A stretch of DNA of 47,992 nucleotides from Methanobacterium sp. (GCA_003166335.1 PMWA01000050.1:751-48742), one strand, 5' to 3'; numbered from the stretch's first letter, positions 22,175 to 35,001 are shown. Program-made: numbers and translations. Notes: a model not told the origin generated them from the sequence alone.

Positions 22175-23659
22175 TTATTTGAATACCATTGATATTTGAT
22201 GAATTTGTTTTGAAACTCGTTTCTCTAAAAATGTTTTATGTTTTTTAACGACATTTTCAGCATCTTCTACAATTGTACCATACTTATTAAATCCTATCAA
22301 TGATAGTCCCGCCATCATGGCACTTAAAATAGCTCCAAAAAGGACTACTCTATGCATTCCGGTGGTGAAGTTGTAAGCAGCTAAGTTGAACAGCTGACTC
22401 TGCTGGAGAAGTTCAGGAGAAATCGCGGTGTGCAGTAAGATTCCTGCAAAGCATACCGCAAATACCATTCCCAAATTTCTGGTGGTTACTATTATACTCT
22501 ATGCGACTCCACTTTCTCCAGATGGAGTATTTGACATAAGTGCCCGGTTGATGGGTGATTGAAAAAGTGCTGCACCCACCCCTAGAAGAGCCAATCTCCA
22601 TAAAACGTCAGCCACTGTTGAAAAAATGTTAAGTTGGGTTAAAGATAAAAGAGCCAACGCAGATATGATTGATCCTATAAATGCTAGACTTCTTGAACCG
22701 AATTTATCGGATAGCATTCCACTTATAGGTGCTAAGAACATCATTATAAGTGGAGATGTTGTTAAAACAAGTCCTGTGAAACTTGCTCCGAGATGAAGGA
22801 CTTTCTGCAGGTAAAAAGGCATAATAAAGAATATCATATACATACATATGTAATTGAAGTGCAGACTCAAATCAAATGCTGAAAAAATTTTATTTTTAAA
22901 AATATTCAGGTTTAGTATAGGATTCTTTACATGCAGCTCATTCCAGATGAATAATATCAGTGTGACAATACTGAAAACTGCAATTAATATAGCTGTAGTA
23001 TTCACACCACCCTCAATGTAATTAAGTAAATAAACTACAAAGACATGAAAATTGCAGTATAGTTCCCGAAATATCCCATTTAACTTGAATTGGTTGGTTC
23101 CTTACCAATACTCGGTAACATATTATGAAACTTATAATTGCAATTGGAACATTTATTAGGAAGATGAATCTCCACCCTAATGCACCTTCTATAATTCCAC
23201 CAATTGCCGGACCCAGAGCTAAACCTGCAGCTATAGCTACAGAGTAAATACCAAGAGATTTCCCTAGCTGATGTTTGGGAAATGAGTTTTTAACTATTCC
23301 CAGAGATACTGCAAGCATCATTGCTGCTGTTATGCCTTGCATGCCCCGGAATATTTCAAGAGCTGGGAGGGAAGAAGCTGTGCTGCAGAGAATTGATGTA
23401 ATTGCAAAGCCTCCTAATCCCATAAGGTAGAGTCTTTCATGACCTATGGAGTCGCCGAACCGGCCAAAAAATAGAACCATACCTAAAAGCGTTATAAGAT
23501 AAGCTGTTAATACCCATTCTACTGAGGTTATGCTAGTACGAAATATGTTGCTATGGTTGGAAGTGAAACATTAACTATACTTGCGTTTATTGGCACCATG
23601 ATGGTGCCTATTGATATTGCGGATAATATCTGCCATTTTTTACTGAAGGAATCCCCCAA
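22175..23659 (-). pseudogene. DHA2 (EmrB/QacA-like) MFS drug efflux transporter, three frameshifts
   Basis: TTG start at 23659 after [57 protein letters not shown] pieces in different frames (breaks near 23550, 23025, 22500). Confidence 0.88.
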
Positions 23660-23752
23660 AATTACACCTCTATTTTAAAAAAAAACTAAAAATGTTATAT
23701 TTGAATTTTAAAAAAAATCTTTAAGAAAAGTCTTTAACTCAAAAATAACGTA

Positions 23753-23791
23753 TGTATTTGAGTTTTTGGATGATAGTAAAACTCAAATATA
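23753..23791. repeat. 12-bp inverted repeat upstream of the MFS pseudogene
   Basis: TATTTGAGTTTT (23755-23766) and AAAACTCAAATA (23778-23789), 11-nt spacer. Confidence 0.7.
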
Positions 23792-24138
23792 AGAGCTTGA
23801 AGTTCCATTTATTATTTGTTTGCGTTGTAAATTTATTTTGGAACCTTAATTTATGATAAAATAAAAAGTTTATTCTACTTCACACATTCACGTCCATCTG
23901 AAAATCTAATATATTCTTTAGATAAGTTACTTAATACACATTTTGGTATTAAAAGCGGTTAATTAAGATTTAATTGTGTGATATATAAACTTTTAGATCG
24001 TATAATGTGAAATAATTATCCATAATTTAGAAATTTTAGTTTAATATCAGATAAAATCCATTTAATTCTGAAGATTTTTATAGGATAAGACAATAAACCT
24101 ATATATTTATTTATCTTCTCTTAAGGAGGAATTTCTAC

Positions 24139-25421
24139 ATGAACTTTAATTTGAAAACAAATGAAAAGGGAAATTTAAGCATCGGTGGAGCAGATGCTTT
24201 AGAGCTAGCCAAAAATTACAGCACTCCCCTTTACGTAATAGATGAAGAACGAATCATAGAAAATTATCAAAGACTTTATAATTCATTCTCCAGTAAATAT
24301 GCCAATTTTAAAATATATTACGCATGCAAAGCCAATACCAATTTGTCAGTAATGCGAATCTTGAAAGACGAGGGGAGCAATATTGATGCTGTATCCCCTG
24401 GAGAAATTTACACTGCTTTATTAGTAGGTTTCAAACCCGAAAGAATACTTTATACTGGAAATAATGTTACCAACGATGAATTAAAATTCGCCTTATCATC
24501 AGGAGTGAGGATAAACTTGGATTCACTCTCCCAACTAGATAGACTCGCAAAGCTACCAGATACAGATGGTAAAGAAATATCCTTTAGAGTGAATCCTAAA
24601 GTAGGTGCCGGACATCATGATCATTGCATAACAGGTGGAGATCTCAGTAAATTTGGAGTTATGGAGGAAGAAGCCGTTCATGTCTACCAAAAAGCTGTGG
24701 ATCTGGGGTTCAAACCAGTGGGAATACATGCCCATATTGGATCAGGAATATTGGATCCTGAACCCTTTAAGTTAGCTGTACATACTTTGATGGACGTGGC
24801 TGGAAGAGTGTATCGTGAAGCAGAAGTAGAATTTGAATTCATAGACTTTGGTGGTGGCATAGGAATACCATACGAGCCCCATGAATCAATATTAAATTTG
24901 GAAATGTTCTCCCAGGAGATTGTCGACCTCTTCAAAGAAAAACTGTACGAATATAATATGGGAAATCCAACCATGTGTCTAGAACCAGGACGTTACATTG
25001 TTGGTGATGCTTCTTACTTATTAACCAGAGTTAACACCATTAAGCAAAGTTATCGTAAATTTGCAGGAGTAAATGCTGGTTTTAACACTTTATTGCGACC
25101 TACCATGTATGGATCATATCATCATATCGTTTTAGCAAACCAACCAAATGCAAAACCCACTCAAACTATAGATATTGCTGGGAATATCTGTGAATCAGGT
25201 GATATGTTTGCTCGGGATAGACCTATGCCTGATATAGAAGAAGGAAATTTATTAGCTATTCTGAATGCCGGTGCTTACGGTTTTTCCATGTCTAGCCAGT
25301 ATAATTCCCGTCCACGGCCAGCAGAGATACTTGTTCAAGGAGGAAGAGCAGAAGTGATTCGGGAAAGAGAAACATTCGCAGATTTATATTCTAAACAAAA
25401 CGTGCCTGAGAGGCTTTTAAA

Positions 25422-25425
<4 letters not shown>
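24139..25425 (+). CDS. lysA: Diaminopimelate decarboxylase
   Basis: YACKAN PLP lysine, SKFG, HAHIGSG, DFGGG, EPGRY, ICESGD, GAYG.SMSS.YN. Confidence 0.97.
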
Positions 25426-26294
<869 letters not shown>

Positions 26295-26328
26295 ATAATA
26301 ATACTCAAATAACATTCTAAATTTTTTT

Positions 26329-26712
26329 TTAACCATGAATTCTGCTTATCGTGGTGGAGATGGTTTTATAGCCCTGAAGTTTACTTCTTAAAACTACTGC
26401 ATTATTATATTTTTCATCTTTAGCTGTGTAAAGGAGGGTTACTGTTCCTTTTTTCTTTTCTATATCTTTTATTAATGTTATAAGTGTTTTTTTATTCTTT
26501 AATTCTTCAAGGTACTTCTGTTTATACTCTAACCATCTATTATGGTCATTGGCAAACCATTTTCTGAGATTTTTACTAGGTGCTATTTCTTTTAGCCATA
26601 AATCTAACTGGGCTGTTTCTTTGGAAATGCCCTGAGGACATAAACTATCCACGAAGATGCGGAAACCATCTCCGATCCTTACAGGTTGGTATACACTTTT
26701 AATTTTAATCAT
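26329..26712 (-). CDS. DUF488 (YeaO-like) protein
   Basis: DGFRIFVD, WLKEIAPS..LRKWF, VTLLY.AKD...NNAVVL. Confidence 0.85.
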   Translation of the reverse strand: MIKIKSVYQPVRIGDGFRIFVDSLCPQGISKETAQLDLWLKEIAPSKNLRKWFANDHNRWLEYKQKYLEELKNKKTLITLIKDIEKKKGTVTLLYTAKDEKYNNAVVLRSKLQGYKTISTTISRIHG

Positions 26713-26946
26713 GTTATCTGATATTCTTTAAGATCCGTCTAAGATTTAATTTTAGTGTTCTTTTTGGATAAAAATGAAAAATAATCGCTATTTTAGTGGA
26801 TACATAGATCTCTTATAGTTTCTTTTTTAATTATTATTAAAATTAAATTTTTTTTTAATATTGTGTTTTCAGGGATTTTATCTATAAGCAAGCTTATATA
26901 TTTCAATAATTTAAAATTTAAAATAACTAATTATAAACTATAAGGA

Positions 26947-27486
26947 TTGAATATTCTATCCTCCACCATTAAGAGTTTAAATTTGGAAAGTGAACAAATG
27001 ACCAGCAAAGATGTGGAAATATTTTACAATCAAGCAATGAAGTTCTTTAAGATGGGTGAATTCAAAAAATCTTTAGAGTTATTTAATAGAGTATTGTACA
27101 TTGATGATAAGTTCATTCCAGCTTGGAATAATAAAGGAGTGATCCATATGGAGTTGGAAGAATATTCTCAAGCTCTGGAGTGTTTTGATAAACTTACATT
27201 CTTAGATATGACTGATGATTTAACCTGGTATAATAAGGGATATGTCCTGTTATTGTTAGAAAGATATCCCGAATCTGTGAGAACATTAGACTATTTCATG
27301 GCCAAGTATACTGAACAAGATGATTACTATAAATATGCTCTATACTTAGAAGCTAAATGTTATTACGAACTTAAAGAATACGATAAAAGTATCAAACTTC
27401 TTAAAGATGTATTAAGCATTGATGAAGCCTTCAGCGAAGCTCGGGAGCTTCAATCTTTAGTTTTGAAAGATATGGAAAAGAAATAA
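26947..27486 (+). CDS. TPR repeat protein (start may be ATG 26998)
   Basis: AWNNKG, TWYNKG and A..C/Y repeats at about 34-aa spacing. Confidence 0.85.
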   Translation: MNILSSTIKSLNLESEQMTSKDVEIFYNQAMKFFKMGEFKKSLELFNRVLYIDDKFIPAWNNKGVIHMELEEYSQALECFDKLTFLDMTDDLTWYNKGYVLLLLERYPESVRTLDYFMAKYTEQDDYYKYALYLEAKCYYELKEYDKSIKLLKDVLSIDEAFSEARELQSLVLKDMEKK

Positions 27487-27566
27487 AAAGATCAGTGTTT
27501 TTGCTATCAATATTCTTTTTATTTATTCATTAATCACTTAATTATTTGAGGGCATTGTAAACTAGT

Positions 27567-28142
27567 CTATTCATCAAATAAAACTTTTTTAAGTTCCTGT
27601 ACGTTTACTGTAAGAAATTGTTCTGCCTTAGGGTCTGCCAATATTTTAAACTGTTCTAACTTAGTTTTCAAATAGCACTCATTTAATAAATTCTGAAGTT
27701 CTGGGATAGGCATTTCTATTATTCTTCTTATTTTTTCCTTATCTTCCTCAGTCAGTTGACTTTTATATTCTTTTATTTGATCCTTAAATGATTCTACTGC
27801 ATTCATATCTTTGGACACGTAAACATTTATTAGGAATGGAGGAATTCGTTTTACTGTACTTATAATTTTCTTAGCTTCCTCTTCTTTAATTTCTAATTCT
27901 AATGATTCATCCAAAACTTTAGTTAGATTCAGTGCTAGTTCTTTCCTACGATTACCGTAAACTATAGAGGCAAGCACTATCCCAACTAAAATTCCGGAGA
28001 ATGCGTAGGTTTGATGTTGAGGTATAGATGAGAGAGGGTATCCAAAAAAATAGAATATAATGCTTATAACTAAAATACTTCCTAATAGGAATGTTAAAAC
28101 TGCTGCGATAATTGCGATTATTTTATTATTGATCAAATTCAT
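27567..28142 (-). CDS. Hypothetical protein, two N-terminal TM helices plus soluble helical domain
   Basis: 191-aa ORF with GGTGA RBS. Confidence 0.7.
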   Translation of the reverse strand: MNLINNKIIAIIAAVLTFLLGSILVISIIFYFFGYPLSSIPQHQTYAFSGILVGIVLASIVYGNRRKELALNLTKVLDESLELEIKEEEAKKIISTVKRIPPFLINVYVSKDMNAVESFKDQIKEYKSQLTEEDKEKIRRIIEMPIPELQNLLNECYLKTKLEQFKILADPKAEQFLTVNVQELKKVLFDE

Positions 28143-28270
28143 TCACCATTTATTTATCATTTAACCCAGCATTTAAATTTAAAATATTTTTTATGAATAC
28201 GTTCACTTATGATATGCATTTGGGAAATCTTATAATATTATTAGTTGATATATAATTATTAGGGATAAAA

Positions 28271-28570
28271 ATGGAAATGACCGAAGAACAAATAAACAAG
28301 CTTATTAACAAGTTAAATGATGAAGACTATGATGTCCGTAAGAATGTGGAAGATATTCTGATTAAGGTATGGAAACAATCTATAGAGCCCCTTATCACTG
28401 CTTTAAATCATGATAATCCTGAAATCCAAATTGAATCAGCTAGAATTTTAGGAAAAATGGGAGATGAAACAGCTTTAGATGCCCTTATAGAAGCTATGAA
28501 GGATGGAAATCCAGAATTTAGAAGAGAAGTGTCACTAGCTATTAGTAAAATAGTAGAGAAAGATCCTTAA
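28271..28570 (+). CDS. HEAT/PBS-lyase repeat protein
   Basis: L.D.D.DVR, IEPLI.AL, A.ILGKMGD..A...LI repeats. Confidence 0.85.
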   Translation: MEMTEEQINKLINKLNDEDYDVRKNVEDILIKVWKQSIEPLITALNHDNPEIQIESARILGKMGDETALDALIEAMKDGNPEFRREVSLAISKIVEKDP

Positions 28571-28653
28571 AAATTTTAAAACTCTTTATAGTTTACTTAA
28601 ATGGGAATTATTTATAAAAAAAATAGATATCTAAATTTATAAAGAACCTTTAT

Positions 28654-29715
28654 TTATTCTGTCTCTTGTAAACATTCTCTTCTTAATTTTAATAACTCTC
28701 TTCTTTTATTCTTAATATCTTCCACGCTATGGATGATCTCAGACAACTTAGCCCGTATGCATTTAACAACATCCTCATTATGAATCCATTTACATCCTTC
28801 ACAACTCCACACTCCCTTCTCCTTTATCCAAAAACCACCAGTGGAAGGTTCTCCACATGGATAAAATGGACAATAACAAAAAGTACAACTTTGAGGATGT
28901 TCATGACATGGATAATATTCACAATTCAAATTAGGACCTTCTACAATCTCCCCTGCCAGATACTTCTCATAAAATTCACAGGCTAATGGATGCATAGTAT
29001 AGGGTACGACATAACCTCGGGGAGTCACCATTCTTCCTTCTTCAATATAAGTCATGCTATTTCCCACTATAAGAGTAGTGGACATATCAACTTCTTCACT
29101 TGAAAGTTCTTCTAAAGTAGTTGTACTAACAATAACTTCATCATTTTTGCTTTTCACTAATCCTACAGGTGTTTTAGGATGGCGTGTTTCAAGTAATATC
29201 CTGTAAGCTTCAACAAAAGGCTTTTTACGAGTTTTACTCATAGGGTTGTAGAATGCAATTACAAAGTCTCCTTCAGAAGCAGCTGTAACTTTACGTTTTA
29301 TCTCAGAAAGAGGAGTTAAAATGTCACTTAAACTAATTACTACAAAATCATGGAGTGGTGCACCTAAAAGAGATGCTGCAAAGTTCACCGCAGTAACACC
29401 GGGTATAACATTCACTTTTATGTTCTTATATTTACCTAAAATTTGAAAAATTACGTTAGCCATGCCAAATACTCCAGGATCACCACTAGAAACCAAAGCT
29501 ACCTTCTTACCCTCCCGGCTTTTTTGAATAGCTAATTCAGCACGATCTATTTCCTGACCCATTCCCTTAACAAGGATTTCCTTTCCTTCCAACAAGTCTT
29601 CGATATACTTATAGTAACCCTTGTAAGTAATTACAACCTCTGCATCTTTAAGGGCCTCTAGCGCCCGTAAAGTCATGTCTTGTCGAGAGGGTCCAATACC
29701 TATTACACTTATCAT
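28654..29715 (-). CDS. cbiH: Cobalt-precorrin-3B C17-methyltransferase with C-terminal Cys-rich small domain
   Basis: [34 protein letters not shown]-terminal [27 protein letters not shown]. Confidence 0.93.
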   Translation of the reverse strand: MISVIGIGPSRQDMTLRALEALKDAEVVITYKGYYKYIEDLLEGKEILVKGMGQEIDRAELAIQKSREGKKVALVSSGDPGVFGMANVIFQILGKYKNIKVNVIPGVTAVNFAASLLGAPLHDFVVISLSDILTPLSEIKRKVTAASEGDFVIAFYNPMSKTRKKPFVEAYRILLETRHPKTPVGLVKSKNDEVIVSTTTLEELSSEEVDMSTTLIVGNSMTYIEEGRMVTPRGYVVPYTMHPLACEFYEKYLAGEIVEGPNLNCEYYPCHEHPQSCTFCYCPFYPCGEPSTGGFWIKEKGVWSCEGCKWIHNEDVVKCIRAKLSEIIHSVEDIKNKRRELLKLRRECLQETE

Positions 29716-29813
29716 AATTTACTTTAAACCTTCCCTCAAATAGAGAATTAAAAAAAAACTCTATTAGAATTTTTTCCAAAAAAAATATATTCCTTAAGTG
29801 ATTCTGTTTAGTT

Positions 29814-30332
29814 TTAACTAGTGTTTCCGTTGTTGTTGTATAGTTCGGTTAGGCTGGTGATTATTATGCTGTTGATGTCTATGTTGAATCCTCCACTTCC
29901 ACTTTGACCGGTGGCTGTGGCGGTGATGCTGTAAGTTTGATTGGGTGAAATAATTACAGTACCATTTGTTACATTAGTACCTGAAGTGGTTGTGTTATAG
30001 CCCATCACCGTTAAAGTAACATTAATTTCATCATTAGACGTACTATCATTAGTATAAGCTGAAAGCGTTTGTATATTAACACCATTTAAACCCGACTTAC
30101 TTTGCAAAGCAGAAGCCACATCATCAGGATTCAACACCGTCACAGTCTTCTGCTTACTAGAAGCATGATGAATAGAACTAATAAGAGACGACAACGCATC
30201 CAACTGAGAAGTAAGAAGCTTACCAATCTGAGGAGGCTGACCCGTAACAATAGTATCAGAAAGTATAAGCCCCGCCTCAAAAAATACTCCACAAATAATT
30301 ATAAACAATATCCCCGTAACAATTTTAGACAA
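29814..30332 (-). CDS. Conserved hypothetical membrane-anchored protein
   Basis: N-terminal TM helix then Ser/Thr/Asn-rich extracellular-type domain; AGGTGG RBS before TTG. Confidence 0.75.
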   Translation of the reverse strand: MSKIVTGILFIIICGVFFEAGLILSDTIVTGQPPQIGKLLTSQLDALSSLISSIHHASSKQKTVTVLNPDDVASALQSKSGLNGVNIQTLSAYTNDSTSNDEINVTLTVMGYNTTTSGTNVTNGTVIISPNQTYSITATATGQSGSGGFNIDINSIIITSLTELYNNNGNTS

Positions 30333-30480
30333 TTTTAATATACCACCTTTTAAACTATATTTCTTTTAGAATAGAATATCATAAATTTTAAGATCTTTTA
30401 TTCAGATTAGATTAACTATTATAATTATAATTATAAATATATCGTTATAAATTACTCAAACTTTTCTAAAGGGATACCAC

Positions 30481-31956
30481 ATGCACGAGAATATAATCAA
30501 TAAATTTATTGATGCCAATATTTTATTGAATGACACGGCCTATCAGAAAATAAAAACCTATGAAAATTCTTTTAAATTATCAGAATCACTCATAGAAGAT
30601 TTAGCTCCTTCAAAAGAGGATTTATTGATTTTAACTGGAGAAATAATTGATCAGTATATAAAAGATAGTGAAGATGATTTGTATAACATAGAGAACAATG
30701 TTCAAAAAAATAAATCTATACCTCAAAGTAAATTGGTTTCATCTCTTCCGTTTGATTTTCAAATACTAAGAGATTCTAGCAGAAAATCCTATACTAATGG
30801 AGAAATAAAGGATTTTTCAGCTTATTTCGGAAGTAGATATCATAAGTTAAAAGAAATATTGCAACGTAAAAAAGAATTAAAAACTACACAAACCATGCGT
30901 GAAGCAGGAAATATGCAGGATTTGGTTAAAGTTATTGGTATGGTTAACGATGTAAGAACCACTAAAAATAATCATAAACTATTTGAGTTAGAGGATGAAA
31001 CAGGTTTAGCTAATGTATTGGTGCATAATGAAAATGAAAGTCTTTTTGAAAAGGCTGAGATGGTAGTTAAAGATGAAGTATTAGGAGTAGTAGGATCCCG
31101 TAAAGGTAGCTTGTTGATAGCCTCTCAATTAATTAATCCTGGAATTCCCCGCATTGATGAAAAGCCTATGGATTTTTCAACAGTTTTTTTATCCGATACG
31201 CATATTGGAAGTTCTACATTCTTAGAAGATGCTTTTCTGAACTTTATTAAGTGGATTAACGGTGAAAGTGGTGATAAGAAACAAGAAAAGATAGCAGAAA
31301 ACGTGCGTTATCTTATTGTAGCTGGAGATATTGTAGATGGTATAGGAGTTTACCCAAATCAGGATAAGGAATTAATTATAAAAGATATATATGAGCAGTA
31401 TGATGAGGCAGCACGGCTTTTTGGAGAGATAGATGGAATTCAAATTATTATTGCTCCTGGAAATCACGATGCATGTCGTTTAGCTGAACCTCAACCATCC
31501 ATTCCTGAAGAATACGCAAAAGAACTTTATAAACTAAAAAATGTGGCATTTGTAAGTAATCCTGCAGTAATTAGTTTAGAAGGTATTAATGTCCTTATTT
31601 ATCATGGTCGAAGCTTTGATGATTTTGCGATGACAGTTAAGGGAATGAGCCATCAAGAATCCGACATTATAATGGAAGAGTTACTTGAGAAAAGACATTT
31701 AGCTCCTATTTATGGAGAAAGAACACCATTAGCTAGCGAAGTTGAAGATCATCTAGTGATAGAAGACATACCTGATGTGTTCCACACCGGACATGTACAT
31801 ATCAACGCATATAAGAAGTATAAAGGTATTCATCTTATTAATAGTGGCACTTTTCAGTCTCAAACTGAATTCCAGAAAATTTATAACATAATTCCTACAT
31901 GCGCCCAAGTGCCAGTATTAAATCATGGTAGTATGAAGCTTTTAAAATTCACTTAA
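30481..31956 (+). CDS. polB: DNA polymerase D small (exonuclease) subunit DP1
   Basis: OB fold (VIGMVND..LEDETG), SDTHIGS, AGDIVDG, PGNHD, YHGRS, HTGHVH phosphoesterase motifs. Confidence 0.95.
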   Translation: MHENIINKFIDANILLNDTAYQKIKTYENSFKLSESLIEDLAPSKEDLLILTGEIIDQYIKDSEDDLYNIENNVQKNKSIPQSKLVSSLPFDFQILRDSSRKSYTNGEIKDFSAYFGSRYHKLKEILQRKKELKTTQTMREAGNMQDLVKVIGMVNDVRTTKNNHKLFELEDETGLANVLVHNENESLFEKAEMVVKDEVLGVVGSRKGSLLIASQLINPGIPRIDEKPMDFSTVFLSDTHIGSSTFLEDAFLNFIKWINGESGDKKQEKIAENVRYLIVAGDIVDGIGVYPNQDKELIIKDIYEQYDEAARLFGEIDGIQIIIAPGNHDACRLAEPQPSIPEEYAKELYKLKNVAFVSNPAVISLEGINVLIYHGRSFDDFAMTVKGMSHQESDIIMEELLEKRHLAPIYGERTPLASEVEDHLVIEDIPDVFHTGHVHINAYKKYKGIHLINSGTFQSQTEFQKIYNIIPTCAQVPVLNHGSMKLLKFT

Positions 31957-32039
31957 AAAAAAACATTAAAATGAATGATAATTTTTTTTTAAATTATTTT
32001 TAGGGATGTGGAAAGATTTTAATAGACGCTAAAAAACAG

Positions 32040-32627
32040 TTGGTTGAGATAGCAAATCAAATTTATCAAAACGGCTTGACACCTGGTAAATCAGGAAATA
32101 TAAGCACGAAAATACGATGTAATGGTAATTATCAGGTTCTTATATCTTCAACTGGTGTTTCACTTAAAAATATTAGTTTAGAAGATGTTATTGTTATTGA
32201 TGATAAAGGAAATCAGGTAGAAGGCCATGGTAAACCATCTTCTGAGGTGAATATGCACCTTGAGATCTATAAAAAAAGAAGAGAAGTAAGTGGAATTGTG
32301 CACACTCATTCACCATACGCAACGGGATTCTCCTTTTCAGGGGAAAAAATCCCTCATTTAGAGGGTTTTGGGAAAATTAAAAAATATTATTTAAATGAAG
32401 TCGATTATGCTACACCTGGAAGTATGGAACTTGCCAAAATAGCTTCTAATGGTTTAGAAAATGAAGACATGCTAATTCTTAAAAATCATGGTGTACTAGC
32501 TATAGGTACAGATTTAAATGAAGCCGCTCTTCTAGCAGAATTTGTAGAAAATAGTGCAAAAACCAGTTTTATTACTCTTATTCTCATTCGCGAACCGATT
32601 CCAGCTCACTTAAAGCATTCCAGATAA
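32040..32627 (+). CDS. fucA: Class II aldolase/adducin family (L-fuculose-phosphate aldolase-like)
   Basis: [24 protein letters not shown]. Confidence 0.85.
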   Translation: MVEIANQIYQNGLTPGKSGNISTKIRCNGNYQVLISSTGVSLKNISLEDVIVIDDKGNQVEGHGKPSSEVNMHLEIYKKRREVSGIVHTHSPYATGFSFSGEKIPHLEGFGKIKKYYLNEVDYATPGSMELAKIASNGLENEDMLILKNHGVLAIGTDLNEAALLAEFVENSAKTSFITLILIREPIPAHLKHSR

Positions 32628-32853
32628 GTGTACGAGCATGAATGGGAATGTTAGGGTCGTTACTAATTTCATCTAGAATAGATATTACTGTACTAGCTTT
32701 TATAGTAGGTTCTTCATCTTCATTCGATAGAATATCCCTTGATTTTTCAGCTGCTCTCCTTATATTCCGGGGAACACTGGTATCTTCCATTATATGTTGT
32801 AATATTTGATTACAACGATCAAATACATCTTGATTCATAATTTTAACCTCCAT
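32584..32853 (-). CDS. UPF0147 family archaeal protein
   Basis: [29 protein letters not shown]. Confidence 0.92.
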   Translation of the reverse strand: MEVKIMNQDVFDRCNQILQHIMEDTSVPRNIRRAAEKSRDILSNEDEEPTIKASTVISILDEISNDPNIPIHARTLIWNALSELESVRE

Positions 32854-33022
32854 TATAAATTAAACTTAAATGAATAAGCATTAAAAAGTATAACATCTTT
32901 TTTCTATATCTTATGATTTAAAAAAACTTTTGCTTATTAACTAATAAATATACATTAAACTTCATTTAAAGTTTTCCTGATTCAATTTACAAAAAAAGAA
33001 TCAAAATGAATAAATAAGAAGT

Positions 33023-34018
33023 TTAAGAATGATTAGCAACAGCAACAGCTACAGTGACTTTATTAAATGCTTTTTTTCTAAATATAAGTTTAGCATCCTT
33101 ACCAGCACTTAATAGTGATACGGGTTCAGATACACCAGATACACCCAAAACTTTCTTCACCCATAATGATTCAGTGCATTGAGAATCTGTAAAGTTCCTT
33201 ATTTTATCTAATGAAATAATTTCCAATGGTACATCCAACTCTTTCGCAGCTTCCAATATACCTTTCTCCTCTTTTTTAGGTTCAGCTGTAGCTAAAGCGT
33301 CAATCCTTAATATGGGAATTTTTAGAGTATTGAAAGCTTCTTCCACTGCAAATAAAACATCATTTTTAGATATACCTTTACGAGCTCCTAAACCAACCAC
33401 AAGTTTTTTAGGTGATAAAAGAATTGTAGTATCATTAAAATAAGCTGCTATTTTATTATATTTTGATGGAATTTTAATATAAGATTCTTTAACCAATTTG
33501 TCTTTATATATAAATTCAAATTGAGAAGGTAAAGCTAATTCAACAATTTTACCTTCCACTAATGCTTTATTTATAAATCTTATTTTGGATGTATTATTAA
33601 TATTTAAGTGATATTTACTTGCTAAAGTATCTATACCCATTTTACCTATAACATCGGTTGCAGTGGTGATAACTGAAACTGCACCTACTAATTCAGCTAT
33701 TTTGAGGTTATAATCATTTCCACCACCTATATGGCCTGATAAAAGAGTTATAACGTATTTTTCTCTTTCATCCATCACTAAAATTGCTGGATCTACGGTT
33801 TTATTTTTTAAGTGGGAACAAACATTTCTAATCATTATTCCAGAAGCCATAATACCTAATATACAATCATATTGTGAAAAAATTTTTTCAATAGTGTCTT
33901 TTACATTTTTATGGAAGAGATCAATTGTTAAAACCGTATGATCATCCTCCAACATTTGAGCTATGCGATTAGCTACATTTTGGCCTTGTAACGTGAGACT
34001 GATTATTGCTAATTTCAT
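33023..34018 (-). CDS. cbiG: Cobalt-precorrin-5A hydrolase
   Basis: IMASGI.IR, K.VDPA, LLSGHIGGGN, VITTATD, GLGARKG, GVSEP, VTVAVA. Confidence 0.93.
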   Translation of the reverse strand: MKLAIISLTLQGQNVANRIAQMLEDDHTVLTIDLFHKNVKDTIEKIFSQYDCILGIMASGIMIRNVCSHLKNKTVDPAILVMDEREKYVITLLSGHIGGGNDYNLKIAELVGAVSVITTATDVIGKMGIDTLASKYHLNINNTSKIRFINKALVEGKIVELALPSQFEFIYKDKLVKESYIKIPSKYNKIAAYFNDTTILLSPKKLVVGLGARKGISKNDVLFAVEEAFNTLKIPILRIDALATAEPKKEEKGILEAAKELDVPLEIISLDKIRNFTDSQCTESLWVKKVLGVSGVSEPVSLLSAGKDAKLIFRKKAFNKVTVAVAVANHS

Positions 34019-34083
34019 GTTTATTATTTAAATTTTATTTCATCATTCTAAAGGTATTTGTTAATAATCTATAAAATTAATTA

Positions 34084-35001
34084 TTAATTTATATAAATGA
34101 CTATTGCGAAGATTATGAAAGAAAAAACTAAGAATAAAATAATTGTCATTTCTGAAAGTAATAATGCTTGATCTATCATATCAACATTAAGAGAATTTAT
34201 GCTTTCACCCAAAGTATAGTAACTTTTTTTTTCTAATTGAATCCCCAGCGCTCCTGCAGCGGCAGCCATAGGATATCCAGAGTTAGGGCTGGGAGTTTTT
34301 TTAGCATCTTTCATCATAGTGTAATATGATCTTCTCCAGTTAAGACCTATTAATAAAGCAGAAAATATGATAAGAATACCTGTAAGCCGTGCAGGTAAAT
34401 AATTGGCAATATCATCCAAACGAGCGGGAAAATAGCCTATATTTATGTTTTCCTTATTTTTATATCCAACCATAGCATCCAGAGTGTTAATGACTCGGTA
34501 AGTCACCCCTCCTAATACTCCTAAAAAAAACGTGTAGAATAATGGAGAAACCACTGAATCAGTGATATTTTCAGTAAGAGTTTCTATTGTAGCTGAAACT
34601 AATTCTTCCTTAGTTAAAACACTAGTATCCCGACTTACTAAATATGAAACAGATTGTCGGGCTTCATTGATATCGGATTTAATATCTTTCTTCACTGCTC
34701 GAATTGAGTTTAAAAGTTCTTTAATAGCAAAAGTAGTGAATAATATAATGGCGGATAATATAATATAGATTAAAAAGTATGATTGAACGAATTGAATGAT
34801 AAAATATGTCGGAATAATAAATAAAGATAATAGAAGAAATGTTAAATAAAATCCTGATATTTTATTTTCATATTTTATAAGATGAGGTTTTAAAAAATTG
34901 ATGATCTTCCCCATGTAGACTACAGGATGTAAGAAAGATGGTGGTTCTCCCCAGGAAAGATCTAAGAGTAAAGATAGTATAATTATAAATAAAATATCCA
35001 T
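34084..35001 (-). CDS. cbiB: Adenosylcobinamide-phosphate synthase
   Basis: GEPP..LHPV, VSRDT, ENITDSVVSPLFY, YRVINTLDAMVGY, ARLDD, SPNSGYPMAA. Confidence 0.95.
   Translation of the reverse strand: MDILFIIILSLLLDLSWGEPPSFLHPVVYMGKIINFLKPHLIKYENKISGFYLTFLLLSLFIIPTYFIIQFVQSYFLIYIILSAIILFTTFAIKELLNSIRAVKKDIKSDINEARQSVSYLVSRDTSVLTKEELVSATIETLTENITDSVVSPLFYTFFLGVLGGVTYRVINTLDAMVGYKNKENINIGYFPARLDDIANYLPARLTGILIIFSALLIGLNWRRSYYTMMKDAKKTPSPNSGYPMAAAAGALGIQLEKKSYYTLGESINSLNVDMIDQALLLSEMTIILFLVFSFIIFAIVIYIN

Noticed and set aside
22175..23659. Programmed frameshifting or recoding as explanation for split MFS, fprA and mpg
   Set aside because: Several lesions per gene in different directions, mixed TAA/TAG stops and truncation; intact genes end normally at all three stop codons, so no evidence for stop reassignment
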